Positions 1-9,305 of a DNA stretch of 64,000 bases are shown in pieces. The stretch is from an uncultured delta proteobacterium. GTDB lineage: Bacteria; Desulfobacterota; Desulfobacteria; Desulfobacterales; Desulfosalsimonadaceae. The stretch is from contig CAWGYD010000001.1 in assembly GCA_963826785.1 (NCBI GenBank), forward strand, positions 128,001 through 192,000, in the 5' to 3' direction. The notes beneath the pieces were generated by a model. The model did no database searches, was not told the origin of the DNA, and saw only the letters and a program-made list of their open reading frames with translations. A program made the translations under genes and the position numbers. How positions within the stretch are numbered: position 1 is the stretch's first letter; each line of letters opens with the position of its first letter.

Positions 1-640
1 CCAGGGGGGTCTGGGGGGACAGGTCTCCGTACCCGACGGTGGTGAGCGTGACAATGGACCAGTAAATGCTGGTGGGGATATCGGTAAATCCGTGGGTTTC
101 GCCTTCGATGACGTACATGACCGATCCGATGAGGATGGTGATGGTGAATACGGCAAACAGAAACACGCTGATCTTGCGGCGGCTGGCTTTGAGCGCACTG
201 GTGAGGACGTGTGCTTCCCCCAGGTAAGCCGAAAGTTTGAAAACCCTGAAGATGCGCAGGAGGCGGAGAATACGGATGGTGAGCAGGGTCTGGCTGCCGG
301 GGATGGCGATACTGATGTAGGTGGGGATGACGGCCAGCAGGTCGACGATCCCGAAAAAGGAAATTGCATAGGAAAGGGGCCGCGACACGCTGATCAGCCG
401 GAGCGCGTATTCCACGGTGAACAGGAGGGTGAAAAACCATTCAATCCCATAGAGGATGCGGCCGTAGGACCGGTGAATGCCGCCGACGCTGTCGAAGATG
501 ATGGTGGCCACGCTGATGACGATACTGGCAATCAGGATGACGTCAAACGCCTTGCCCGCCGGCGTGTCGGCCTCGAAAATGATTTCGTGCAGTTTGCGCC
601 GCCAGGGTGCGGTTAACCGGGCGGCGGGTCTGTCGCTCAT
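1..640 (-). CDS. Ion transporter / voltage-gated-type potassium channel (3' end runs off window)
   Basis: Manual translation from ATG at 640: MSDRPAARLTAPWRRKLHEIIFEADTPAGKAFD..., S4-like IRILRLLRIFRVFK, and K+ filter YWSIVTLTTVGYGD. Absent from the ORF track because it is truncated. Confidence 0.92.
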   Translation of the reverse strand, partial: MSDRPAARLTAPWRRKLHEIIFEADTPAGKAFDVILIASIVISVATIIFDSVGGIHRSYGRILYGIEWFFTLLFTVEYALRLISVSRPLSYAISFFGIVDLLAVIPTYISIAIPGSQTLLTIRILRLLRIFRVFKLSAYLGEAHVLTSALKASRRKISVFLFAVFTITILIGSVMYVIEGETHGFTDIPTSIYWSIVTLTTVGYGDLSPQTPL

Positions 641-667
641 TGTTTCCGCCTGCGCATCAAAAAGGGA

Positions 668-1006
668 TTAATGGTGATGGACACCCTCCGAGTGCCCGCC
701 GGCAATGATGTAAACCGCTTCATGAGACGAGGGGTTTTCCACGAAAACACTTTGCTCCCCGACAATATGAAAAACTTCTCCTTCGTGCAGGGTGCCCGTG
801 AATTCACCGGTGAGATGAAGGATCCCCTTTGCGGCCATCACCATTTCCTCGTGCCCTTTGCCGGGTTTGACCAGGCGCTGTTTCTCGCCGGGTTTAAGAT
901 ATCCGTAAATCATGTAGCAGGCATGGCTGCCGGTGTCCTGAAGGCCGAAAACGGACTCGCCTTCTTTTTCAGCCAGGGCCCGGCTTTTCAGATCGACTTT
1001 TTTCAT
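668..1006 (-). CDS. Small cupin-like beta-barrel protein with His-rich C-terminus
   Basis: ATG at 1006 with GGAG RBS; cupin-like GHEEMV...LHEGEVFHIVGEQSVFVENP; ends GGHSEGVHHH. Confidence 0.6.
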   Translation of the reverse strand: MKKVDLKSRALAEKEGESVFGLQDTGSHACYMIYGYLKPGEKQRLVKPGKGHEEMVMAAKGILHLTGEFTGTLHEGEVFHIVGEQSVFVENPSSHEAVYIIAGGHSEGVHHH

Positions 1007-1058
1007 GTTCAGCTCTCCTGTGGGCGGTTTGCTTTTGAGTTGGCTGTCTCTTTTACGT

Positions 1059-1981
1059 TCAAGGCGCGATGCATCGGGGATCCGGTGCAGCAAGGTCCCC
1101 GTAAAACTGATAGCTCATGGCCGGGCATCCGCCATGGCAGTGCGCGTGCAGGCTGCAGGTCGTGATCCGGGCACCGGTTTTTCTCAAAGGATTGGAAAAA
1201 CCCGAGGGCCGGGTGCCGCCGGATGTGATCGAAATTATCGGTCAGCAGGTTGCCCAGCCGAAATGCCGGGTACCGGAAGAACAGGTAGCATGGATATACA
1301 TCGCCGTTGGGCAGGACGGATAATTTGGTGGTGCCGGCCGGGCAGCGCCTGGATGCCAGGGAAGGGCAGGTTTGCACATCCGGGATGAACCCGGAGCAGA
1401 ACACGCCGTCAATTCCATTTCTGTTTTTTTTTAACTGCATCATGTGGTGAAAAAAAATGGGAAACGCCACACGGTCCGCAATGTCGGACCTGTCGGCCAG
1501 ATCCCGGTAAATCAGGTACCAGGTGATTCTGTCCATGCCGATGTAGGGGGCCGCCGCAGGCGGTATGGGCGCGTCCGGATAGAAGACGCTTTTCAGGATG
1601 GGCCGCTGATCGAGAATATAATCGTTTAGCGCCCGGCTGATTGGCGTGTCGTTGACGGAGATGCCGATGGTTACAGATGATGCGGGATAGGCGTCGGAAA
1701 GCGCCCTCAGGCGGTCCACCCGGGAGCCGTTTGAACTGACGGTGGTGCGCATGCCGCCGGTGTAAATCGTGTCCACCAGTTTTTCGATGTCCGGGTGCAG
1801 GGTGGGCTCTCCGCCCAGAAGATCGATATGGCCGACACCGGCCGATTTGAGAGAAGATGCCATCCGGGCAAACGCATCGGTTTTTACATCCGGCATACGG
1901 AAAAAGATGCCGGTTGAAGCAGAAATCGCAGGTAAGGTTGCACCGAAGGGTGGGATAGAACTGGATATAGGATAGCGTCAT
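1059..1981 (-). CDS. Radical SAM/SPASM protein (two +1 frameshifts as read, ~1903 and ~1168)
   Basis: MTLSYIQFYPTLRCNLTCDFC (CxxxCxxC) is in one frame; LLGGEPTLHP and CPAG...DVYPC in a second; CSLHAHCHGGCPA...DPRCIAP* in a third, with stop at 1059-1061. Confidence 0.85.
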
Positions 1982-2044
1982 TCGACTGACCTTACGGAAA
2001 AATAAGCGTGAAGACGCATCATGGCCAAGGCTCGATCGCAAATG

Positions 2045-3226
2045 TCAATCAGGCGATTTCAAGTGACTGTTCATCCCATAAACCGCGCACATGACCGGGT
2101 CTACGCCCAGGGGCGACTGGGCTCTGAAACGGCACCCGCCCCGGCATTCGTCTAAAACCGGACAATTGCGGCATTCCAGGCGATCCAGGGGGACATGTTC
2201 CAGGCGGTTCCAGCAGTCGGCCAGTCGGGCCCGGGCATCCCCCAGGGGTTCATCGCGGTAAAAACCGCATTTGACGGCATTGCCGTCGGGAAGGACGGTC
2301 ATCAGGTGGCGGCCGCAGGCATACCCCCCCGATGATCCGTGATAGCCGCCGCCGAAGGCATATGGGAACAGGCCGGCGGCCCGGTCATAGGGGACGGTCA
2401 GGTCCCGGTTAGACTCGAGTGAACCGGTGACCGACAGCACATCGATGCCCCATTCCACAGCCCCCACCTCTTCGATGAATGCCTGCATGGGATCAAATTC
2501 ATCCAGGTTGTCCCGGTGGATCATGGTGGATATGGAAACCGGGATGCCTGCTTTACGGGCGATGCGGATACCGTTTACCGTTCGTTCAAAGGTCCCGGCT
2601 CCCCGCAATGCCTCATGCCCCCGGGTCCATCCGTCCAGGCTGAACTGAATTTCATCGGCGTTTTGCAGCCATTTAGCGTTTTCTGCGGTGACCCGGGTCC
2701 CGTTGGTGAACAGCACCCGGCGGATGCCCAGGTTCCGGGTTTCTTCCAAAAAAAATTGCAGGTCCGGATGGAGCAGGGGTTCGCCGCCGGAGATGAGCAG
2801 CCGCAGCCCGCCCATCTCGGCAAATTGCCCCGTGATGCGCAATGCGTCATCGATGGGCAGCATCGCGGGCCGGGCCGGCCCCAGGTAGCAGTGCCGGCAT
2901 TTGAGATTGCACTGGTGCAGCAGGTGAAGCTCCAGGTACCGAAGCGATGGAATCGGACTCCGTGCGGCCGTTATGTTGATGGGTTCGGGGGCATTCAGCG
3001 CTTCTAAAATCCCTTCGGACAGTGCGTAACGGACGAATTCATCGTCATCCGTGAGTTCTTCCCCCGTGCGCCCGCCGGTGCAGCGCAACAGGAAATCGAG
3101 TGCGGATGAATCGATCTCATAGAGTTCGTCGCGCCCGATATGGTAGATAAAAGGCGTCTCCAGGACTTTGAGGGAGGCATCGGAAGACAGCCGCAGGTAG
3201 GAGCGGCGCCAGTCAGCTGGGATCAT
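2045..3226 (-). CDS. Radical SAM/SPASM protein with N-terminal RRE/PqqD-like extension
   Basis: CNLKCRHC, SGGEPLLH, SPASM cysteines CGRH...KCG...CRNCPVLDECRGGC...DPVMC. The ~90-aa N-terminal extension (FIYHIGRDELYEIDSSALDFLLRCTG) resembles an RRE. Confidence 0.9.
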   Translation of the reverse strand: MIPADWRRSYLRLSSDASLKVLETPFIYHIGRDELYEIDSSALDFLLRCTGGRTGEELTDDDEFVRYALSEGILEALNAPEPINITAARSPIPSLRYLELHLLHQCNLKCRHCYLGPARPAMLPIDDALRITGQFAEMGGLRLLISGGEPLLHPDLQFFLEETRNLGIRRVLFTNGTRVTAENAKWLQNADEIQFSLDGWTRGHEALRGAGTFERTVNGIRIARKAGIPVSISTMIHRDNLDEFDPMQAFIEEVGAVEWGIDVLSVTGSLESNRDLTVPYDRAAGLFPYAFGGGYHGSSGGYACGRHLMTVLPDGNAVKCGFYRDEPLGDARARLADCWNRLEHVPLDRLECRNCPVLDECRGGCRFRAQSPLGVDPVMCAVYGMNSHLKSPD

Positions 3227-3582
3227 TTTGAATCTTCCAGCATCTGCTTGTCCAAGAGGCCGTGTTTAAGGAGCAGATAAACGGCGATGTAGCCCCCGCA
3301 GGGTTCCGGATTTTCCGTTTCCGGGAGTTCGGATTGAAAATCGCAGTCTTTTTCCTTGAAATCGCAAAGGGCGCACACCTGTTCATCCAGCAGACCCCGA
3401 TGCCCTTCCCAGGTGTCGACGGTCTTGGGCAGATGCGCCACCGTCTCTTGCCGGATTTGGTATCTTTCCATGAGAGCCTGGGCCACCAGCGCCCCCCGGC
3501 AGGTCATTTCCTCTTTCTCTCCGGCTTTGAAATAGGTGCAGAAGGGGCGGCAGAGGTAATCGATATAATCTGTTTTGGGCAT
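3223..3582 (-). CDS. Cys-rich hypothetical protein (7 Cys, putative Fe-S/metal binding)
   Basis: LCRPFC, TCRG, VCALCDF, DCDF, PCGGY; 4-bp overlap with the downstream radical SAM gene. Confidence 0.75.
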   Translation of the reverse strand: MPKTDYIDYLCRPFCTYFKAGEKEEMTCRGALVAQALMERYQIRQETVAHLPKTVDTWEGHRGLLDEQVCALCDFKEKDCDFQSELPETENPEPCGGYIAVYLLLKHGLLDKQMLEDSK

Positions 3583-3608
3583 GAAATAACTTTGATTCCG
3601 TCAAAATA

Positions 3609-3642
3609 CGCAGCCCGCATGCGGAATGCATGACGGGCTGCG
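3609..3642 (-). terminator. Stem-loop after peptide gene (terminator/attenuator or mRNA stabiliser)
   Basis: CGCAGCCCG-CATGC / GCATG-A-CGGGCTGCG inverted repeat, followed by TATTTT on the minus strand. Confidence 0.7.
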
Positions 3643-3661
3643 GGGAATTGATTGATTCTGA

Positions 3662-3724
3662 TCAGCAGGAACGTTTACACTTGCAAAGACCGGTGGGTGC
3701 TTTTTTGACTTTTTTAATTTTCAT
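3662..3724 (-). CDS. Putative RiPP precursor peptide MKIKKVKKAPTGLCKCKRSC (20 aa)
   Basis: Strong RBS AAAGGAGAA 6 nt before the ATG; first ORF after a near-consensus promoter; CxCxxxC core; upstream of two SPASM enzymes. Confidence 0.75.
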   Translation of the reverse strand: MKIKKVKKAPTGLCKCKRSC

Positions 3725-3837
3725 GGCAGCTTCTCCTTTCTTCGTGAAAGTGTTGTGGAAAATCGACATGTCTGCTTATTTTGCATTTGGCGGAATTCTC
3801 CCGTCAAACGCTTTTCGTGTTCATCACGAATTAATAC

Positions 3838-3866
3838 ATTTTATCAGCTGAAAATGACTTTGTCAA
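3838..3866 (-). promoter_or_regulatory. Sigma70-type promoter of peptide/radical SAM operon
   Basis: TTGACA (3861-3866), 17-nt spacer, TAAAAT (3838-3843) on the minus strand. Confidence 0.7.
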
Positions 3867-4103
3867 TCATATAGCCGGAATTGTTCGACATCATCGTTTT
3901 GCGCCCTGTGCGTTTAAAAGCGCATGCAGTCTGTAAAAGAGGATAATACGATAATCATCAGCCGCGCGATTGCAAATCGGCTGCTTTCAATTTTTCGAAA
4001 GATATCTGGCCCCGCTGCAGGGAAAAGCGGCAACGGGCCCCCGTTTTGGAGGCTGCGGAGACGATGGAATACGGGGCCAGGCGGCATGCGCGAAAAGCGG
4101 TTT

Positions 4104-4643
4104 CTATAGTCTGATCATGGGCAGCGGCCGGAACGGGTCATGCATTGCCCACGAAAGCGCCAGTTCGGTCAGGCGCCGGTGAAACCCGGCCCGGGGAAAA
4201 GTGCAAAGCAGGTTCTTGAAGTACGAAGGCGGAAACCGGGAAGGAAATTGAAACAGGCAGACATCCAGCCAATCCGCACGGCGGAAGGCCTCCACCAGTT
4301 TGGGTCGGCGTCCCCGGTACGGGGTCAGTTTGTGGTGGTGCAGAATCATGCACCGGATTTCGTCTTTCCAGAACCCCCGGTGGGAGCGATCCAGAAATGC
4401 ACTGGCCCGGTTTACAGAAGGGTTAAGATAGTCGAAGGTCTGATCGGTCCAGATGCCGATATCGTGAAAAGCGGCGGCCACGGCGAGTTTTTCGATTTCG
4501 GTGGCATCTGCGCGGGCATATGCGACGGCGATGTTGAATACCCGGCAGGCGTGATTCTTATAAGCCGTAAAATCATTTTTCAAATCATCGTGCCACTGCT
4601 CAAACAGGTGATCGATGAGGCGATGGCCCTTGATGGTCTTCAT
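4104..4643 (-). CDS. HD-domain-like protein
   Basis: YKNHACRV...AAAFHDIGIW...HHHK...RRADWLD; GGAG RBS before ATG 4643. Confidence 0.7.
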   Translation of the reverse strand: MKTIKGHRLIDHLFEQWHDDLKNDFTAYKNHACRVFNIAVAYARADATEIEKLAVAAAFHDIGIWTDQTFDYLNPSVNRASAFLDRSHRGFWKDEIRCMILHHHKLTPYRGRRPKLVEAFRRADWLDVCLFQFPSRFPPSYFKNLLCTFPRAGFHRRLTELALSWAMHDPFRPLPMIRL

Positions 4644-4727
4644 ATTTGCTCCGTGCAAGCTGATCGGGTCTGCTCTGAATAAAGGATGCCGGGAGGATTT
4701 TTCAAGGCGATCCGCATTCCCAAATCT

Positions 4728-5657
4728 TCAGGGGACCACCCAGACCGCCGCATCAGATATTTTCTGGATCACGTAACTGGCGATCCCGCCGAGATGGGCG
4801 CTTTTTCCGGCGCCCATCTTACCGATGACAACGGTGCCATACGCGCCTTTTTTCATTTCCTGAATGATCGATTTGCCGGTAAACAGGCGCACGGTAACCG
4901 ACTTGAAATGAATCCGCTCCCGGTCGATCCCCGACTTGTTCAGCAGGCTGAGCGCCTGCGTGCTGAAATCTGCGATGCATTTTTCATCCCCGGCCCGTAT
5001 GGCCGCTTCCAGAACGCTTTCATCCCGGTCGAAATCCACTTCGCAGAATTCTTTGAGTGTCGGCCGGGCATGGAAGAAATCGAGATGAATCAAAGGGTTG
5101 TCACGAAAAATAAAAGCGACGTGATCCACCATGCGAAGAGAAGTCGGGGAGCCGTCCACCGCCACCATGACCTTTTGGGATGTGGCCCTGCCGTCCACCA
5201 CCCAGACGGGAATCACCCGGGAGGCGGTCAGCAGATTCGAGGTGACGCTTCCCATGAACATCTCCTGCAGAGAAGACAGGCCCCGCCGGCCGAGGAGGAT
5301 GGCATCGTATGAACCGGCTTCGGCCGCCTTCAGGAGATCGTCCGCAAGGCCGGTCTGCCGGGGAACGGTTTTGATCTCGATGCGTTTCGCATCGATTCCG
5401 CCCTTGATCATGGACTCCCTTGCGGTCTTCATCATTTGAAGGGCTGCGGCCTGGTTCCGGTCACAGACCTTCTGGAGTTCCGCCTGGGCTTTTGCCTGCT
5501 TTCTGGCTTCCTCCAGCAGGTACAAAGAAATCATCGGCTGGACGTGGTAGAGCATGAATTCGATTTCATGGATCACCCTTGCCATTTCAATGGCATATTG
5601 AACGGCATGCCTGGCGTGGGTGGATGAATCCAGCGCGATCATGATCTTTTTCAACAT
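4728..5657 (-). CDS. Universal stress protein, tandem Usp domains
   Basis: KKIMIALDSS...LGRRGLS...MGSVTSNL, then a second KVMVAVDGS...LGGIASYVIQK...VWVVP. Confidence 0.9.
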   Translation of the reverse strand: MLKKIMIALDSSTHARHAVQYAIEMARVIHEIEFMLYHVQPMISLYLLEEARKQAKAQAELQKVCDRNQAAALQMMKTARESMIKGGIDAKRIEIKTVPRQTGLADDLLKAAEAGSYDAILLGRRGLSSLQEMFMGSVTSNLLTASRVIPVWVVDGRATSQKVMVAVDGSPTSLRMVDHVAFIFRDNPLIHLDFFHARPTLKEFCEVDFDRDESVLEAAIRAGDEKCIADFSTQALSLLNKSGIDRERIHFKSVTVRLFTGKSIIQEMKKGAYGTVVIGKMGAGKSAHLGGIASYVIQKISDAAVWVVP

Positions 5658-5669
5658 CGGTTTATTCTC

Positions 5670-8303
5670 CTATATTTCAGCGGGCACAGTGACCCGTTTT
5701 CGCCGGGCGGGGGTGTCCAGCCTGAAATTGGTCAGGCGGATGGCCGAGGGGACGAGCAGGATCGAGCCGATGGTGGTGTTGAGCATGGTAAAGGCAATCA
5801 GGAAGCTGAACAGCACCACCGGCATGAACTTGGAGGTGGCCTGCGCGATGAACCCGAAGATCAGCGCCATGGAGGTGAACACGATGGCCTTTCCGGCGAC
5901 CAGGATGGTCTTTTCGATGCTTTCTGAAATCCCTTCGCCCCGGGACTGGTGAAGCCGATAGGTATTGAGAAAATGGATGGTATCGTCGATGCCGATCCCC
6001 ACGGTGATGGAGGCGATGATGGAGGTGACCATGTCCAGGTCGATGCCGAACCATCCCATGATGCCGAAATTGATCAGGATGGTCACGGTCATATCGATGA
6101 GGGCCAGCGGACCGGCGGAAAATTTGCGGAACAGGAAAATGATCACGGCCGCCACCATCAGCAGGGAAAGGGCCAGATTTTCCATCTGTCCCATCACCAC
6201 GTAGTGGGACAGCTGAACATTGATCAGCGGATAACCGGTCACGGCAAATGAATACGGGCCCGGCAGCGTCTGTTCGAGGTGCTTTTCGATCTTGTCGATG
6301 AGATGCTTGATTTCCGTAGTGCCCACCCGCAGGGCGGATTTCCGGGACAGCCGGACCAGGATGTTGTTTTTTTGAAAGTCATGATCCACATAGGGTTCAA
6401 AATCGTCCACCCGGCCATCTGAATTTTCATCTTCTCCTGAAAAGATTTCAAGGTAGTCGATGATATCCATCCGGTTTTCCGGCACCCGGAAATAGGCGGG
6501 ATCGTCATTGTTCATGGCCATGTGCATCCGCTTGATGAAATCGGGGAATGCATCGGTCCGGCCGACATTGAGATCCTCGTTTCCTTCCGCCGTCAGCCAT
6601 TTGCGGACCTCTTCGACGGTGTTGAGGAATTCGGGGGTTTTGGCGCCGCCGGGCGCCCCGGAGTCGAGGATTACGGAAAATCCCCATCCGCCGCCGAATT
6701 TTTCACCGGTCTCGATCACGTTGAGCCGGGCGGGGTCATCCGCCTTGAAGTAATGCAGAAATTCGGTGTCCACCTTAAGCCGCAGCGTTCCCGCAATGGA
6801 GAAGACCACTACCACAGCGGCCACCGCATAGACCTTTTTGGGATGGCGGGTCACTGCTGAAACGATATACGGCAGGAGCCATTCCACAAAGGTGGCCTTT
6901 GATTTTTGCTGCTTTCGGGTCAGGGCTGCGGGATAGGTGTGGGGGAGCAGGGCCAGGGCCGCCGGAATCAGGGTGATGGCGATGAGAACGGCAAAGGAGA
7001 TGCCGATGGCGGAAAATACGGCCCATTGCTGGATCGCCGATACCCGGTTGGTCACCAGGGTCATAAAGGAGCAGACCGTGGTGAATCCGGCCAAAAACAC
7101 GGTGATGGAGATGTGGGACATGGCCGCGGCAATGCCCTTCTTCTTGGTGGTCGCAGATATCCGGTCAAACTCGGTGTAGTACTGGTTTAGAATGTGGATG
7201 GCATATGAACTGCCCACCGCGATCAGCAGAGGCGGCATGGTGCCGCCCACGGAGGTGATCTTGTACCCCAGGTGGCCCATGAGCCCGATGGTCCAGATTT
7301 CAGCCATTCCCAGGGTGCACAGCGGCAGCAGCACCCCCCTGACGGATCTGAAGTTCAAGTAGAATACGATGGTCATCACCAGCAGGACCAGCGGGATGCT
7401 CCTGCTGATATCCATTTTGATGTAGTCGTTAAACTGTTTGTTGACATAGGGGACGCCGGAAATCCGGATATTCAGGTGTTTGTGCGCCGCGACGATATCC
7501 ATGAGTTCGCTGACAATGGCTTCCTGGTCCTGGGTGCCGACAAATTTGACGATCACCGCAAAATCGGTAATCTGGCCGGTGTCGGGGTCTACGGAGTAGA
7601 TGCCCTGTTTGAATGCAGGGTTTTTGGTCAGGCGCTGCTTGAAGGCGCGGATTTCATCTTCGGTCTGCGGAAGGATGCGCCGGCCGTTTCCATCCGTTTC
7701 CATCAGGTCACGGATTTCCAGTGTGTCCTCGGTGCCGGTGATGTCCCCGATGGTAAACGGGGAGATGATCCGGTCGATGATGCCGCACTTTTTCAGCTCC
7801 GTATCCGCTGCAATGGCCTGATCGAGGCGCCGGATGTCATGGTCCGAAAGCAGCGGCTTATTTTGGATGTTATCCGGCGTCTTTCGCTTCAGAAACCGGG
7901 TAAATTCCGGATCATTTGAAAATTCTTGTGCGATGGCCGCAAACGAGGTCGGGTTTTGGGTGACCTGATGAAACCGGGCCACGCGCTGTTCCTGATAATC
8001 CTTTCGAAAATCCTTGTACGCTTCGATATCCCGGATAAACGCATCGATGTCCGCAAAGGTCTTTGGACTCCACAGGGGATCACCGGTGACGCCCATGAGG
8101 ATGAACCGGTCATTGTCCCCGTAATAGGCTTTGGTGGCCGAATATTCGATGAACTCGGGATCCTGCCGGGGCATGAAGGATTCGATGGAACTGTCGAACT
8201 GAATGCGAAGGATTCCCAGTCCCAGCAAAACGGTGATCAGGGCCAGGGCGATGATGGGCAGAAGGGGCCGTTTCAGGACCAGTTTGAGGTAGCCGTCGAT
8301 CAT
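5670..8303 (-). CDS. MMPL/RND-family membrane transporter
   Basis: Two repeats of TM bundle plus large periplasmic loop; GIGIDDTIHF motif; ~877 aa from ATG 8303. Confidence 0.88.
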   Translation of the reverse strand: MIDGYLKLVLKRPLLPIIALALITVLLGLGILRIQFDSSIESFMPRQDPEFIEYSATKAYYGDNDRFILMGVTGDPLWSPKTFADIDAFIRDIEAYKDFRKDYQEQRVARFHQVTQNPTSFAAIAQEFSNDPEFTRFLKRKTPDNIQNKPLLSDHDIRRLDQAIAADTELKKCGIIDRIISPFTIGDITGTEDTLEIRDLMETDGNGRRILPQTEDEIRAFKQRLTKNPAFKQGIYSVDPDTGQITDFAVIVKFVGTQDQEAIVSELMDIVAAHKHLNIRISGVPYVNKQFNDYIKMDISRSIPLVLLVMTIVFYLNFRSVRGVLLPLCTLGMAEIWTIGLMGHLGYKITSVGGTMPPLLIAVGSSYAIHILNQYYTEFDRISATTKKKGIAAAMSHISITVFLAGFTTVCSFMTLVTNRVSAIQQWAVFSAIGISFAVLIAITLIPAALALLPHTYPAALTRKQQKSKATFVEWLLPYIVSAVTRHPKKVYAVAAVVVVFSIAGTLRLKVDTEFLHYFKADDPARLNVIETGEKFGGGWGFSVILDSGAPGGAKTPEFLNTVEEVRKWLTAEGNEDLNVGRTDAFPDFIKRMHMAMNNDDPAYFRVPENRMDIIDYLEIFSGEDENSDGRVDDFEPYVDHDFQKNNILVRLSRKSALRVGTTEIKHLIDKIEKHLEQTLPGPYSFAVTGYPLINVQLSHYVVMGQMENLALSLLMVAAVIIFLFRKFSAGPLALIDMTVTILINFGIMGWFGIDLDMVTSIIASITVGIGIDDTIHFLNTYRLHQSRGEGISESIEKTILVAGKAIVFTSMALIFGFIAQATSKFMPVVLFSFLIAFTMLNTTIGSILLVPSAIRLTNFRLDTPARRKRVTVPAEI

Positions 8304-8484
8304 TTTTAAAATGCCATGGAAGAGAGTAGATTGCCGTGTGCGCAAAACTATAGGACGGAGAAGATGATTTTACAAGAAAACAATGAGGTGGGCCCATCTC
8401 CTCTGACCCCGGTTTTGACATCTCCACCCGCGGAGGCCATATTTTACATGTATTTTAACTCCTTGGTTAAAGAGGGCAAAACCG

Positions 8485-9291
8485 GTGGCGCAGATAAGCA
8501 GATCCAACCCGTTGAACATACTGCGGCTGATCGGAATGATTGCCGTCGATGGGCTCCGCCGCCTGGGGAGGTCTGCCCTTTTCTTCTGTCATGCATTCAT
8601 CTGCATGTTTCTTCCGAAACAGCCGTTCCGGATACTCGAGCAGGTCTATCACATCGGGGCCGCATCCACGGGAATCGTTGTGGTGGTGGGCCTGTTCACC
8701 GGCATGGTGTTCGGGCTCCAGCTCCATTACACCCTGATCAAATTCGGCGCGGAAAGCGGGATCGGGGCAGCCATCTCGCTTTCCATCATCCGGGAGCTGG
8801 GGCCTGTTTTGACCGCGATCATGATCACCGCCCGGGCGGGTTCCGCCATGGCGGCCGAAATCGGCATCCAGCGCATCTCGGAACAGATCGACGCCCTGTT
8901 CACCATGGAGATCGACCCGGTGAGATACCTGGTCAGCCCGCGGATGGCGGCATCCCTGATCAGCTTTCCCATCCTGACCACCTTTTTCGACCTGGTGGGC
9001 ATCATGGGGGGGTGGATCACGTCTGTGCTTCTCCTGGGGGGCAACCAGGGGGCCTATTTTTATCGCGCCCGTTCAGTGGTGGAACTCATCGATATAAAGG
9101 GCGGATTCATCAAGGCAATCGTTTTTGCCCTCATCGTATCGAGCATCTGCTGCTACCAGGGATATTTTACGCACCTGCACAGGGAAAGTCATGGTTCCAG
9201 AAGCGTGAGCGTCTCGACCACCTGGGCGGTGGTGCTGTCATGCGTCATGATCCTCGTGTCGGATTACGTGGTCACATCGTTTCTCATGTAG
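8485..9291 (+). CDS. mlaE: MlaE-family ABC permease
   Basis: IRELGPVLTAIMITARAGSAMAAEIG...EQIDAL...DPVRYLVSPR. Confidence 0.93.
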   Translation: MAQISRSNPLNILRLIGMIAVDGLRRLGRSALFFCHAFICMFLPKQPFRILEQVYHIGAASTGIVVVVGLFTGMVFGLQLHYTLIKFGAESGIGAAISLSIIRELGPVLTAIMITARAGSAMAAEIGIQRISEQIDALFTMEIDPVRYLVSPRMAASLISFPILTTFFDLVGIMGGWITSVLLLGGNQGAYFYRARSVVELIDIKGGFIKAIVFALIVSSICCYQGYFTHLHRESHGSRSVSVSTTWAVVLSCVMILVSDYVVTSFLM

Positions 9292-9305
9292 GAGGCAAGG
9301 CCGGC

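Noticed and set aside
92..616. 174-aa acidic ORF on the plus strand
   Set aside because: Antisense shadow of the K+ channel gene.
3383..3724. Selenocysteine read-through of the TGA ending the 20-aa peptide (in frame with ORF 3383-3631)
   Set aside because: The hairpin starts ~20 nt downstream and has a terminator-like tail rather than an evident SECIS. The extension would overlap the 7-Cys gene out of frame and looks non-protein-like. Homolog alignment is needed to exclude it fully.
8316..9305. 744-aa ORF suggesting a large N-terminal fusion on the ABC ATPase
   Set aside because: The upstream part is an alternative frame overlapping mlaE; the real start is GTG 9306 with a GGAGG RBS.
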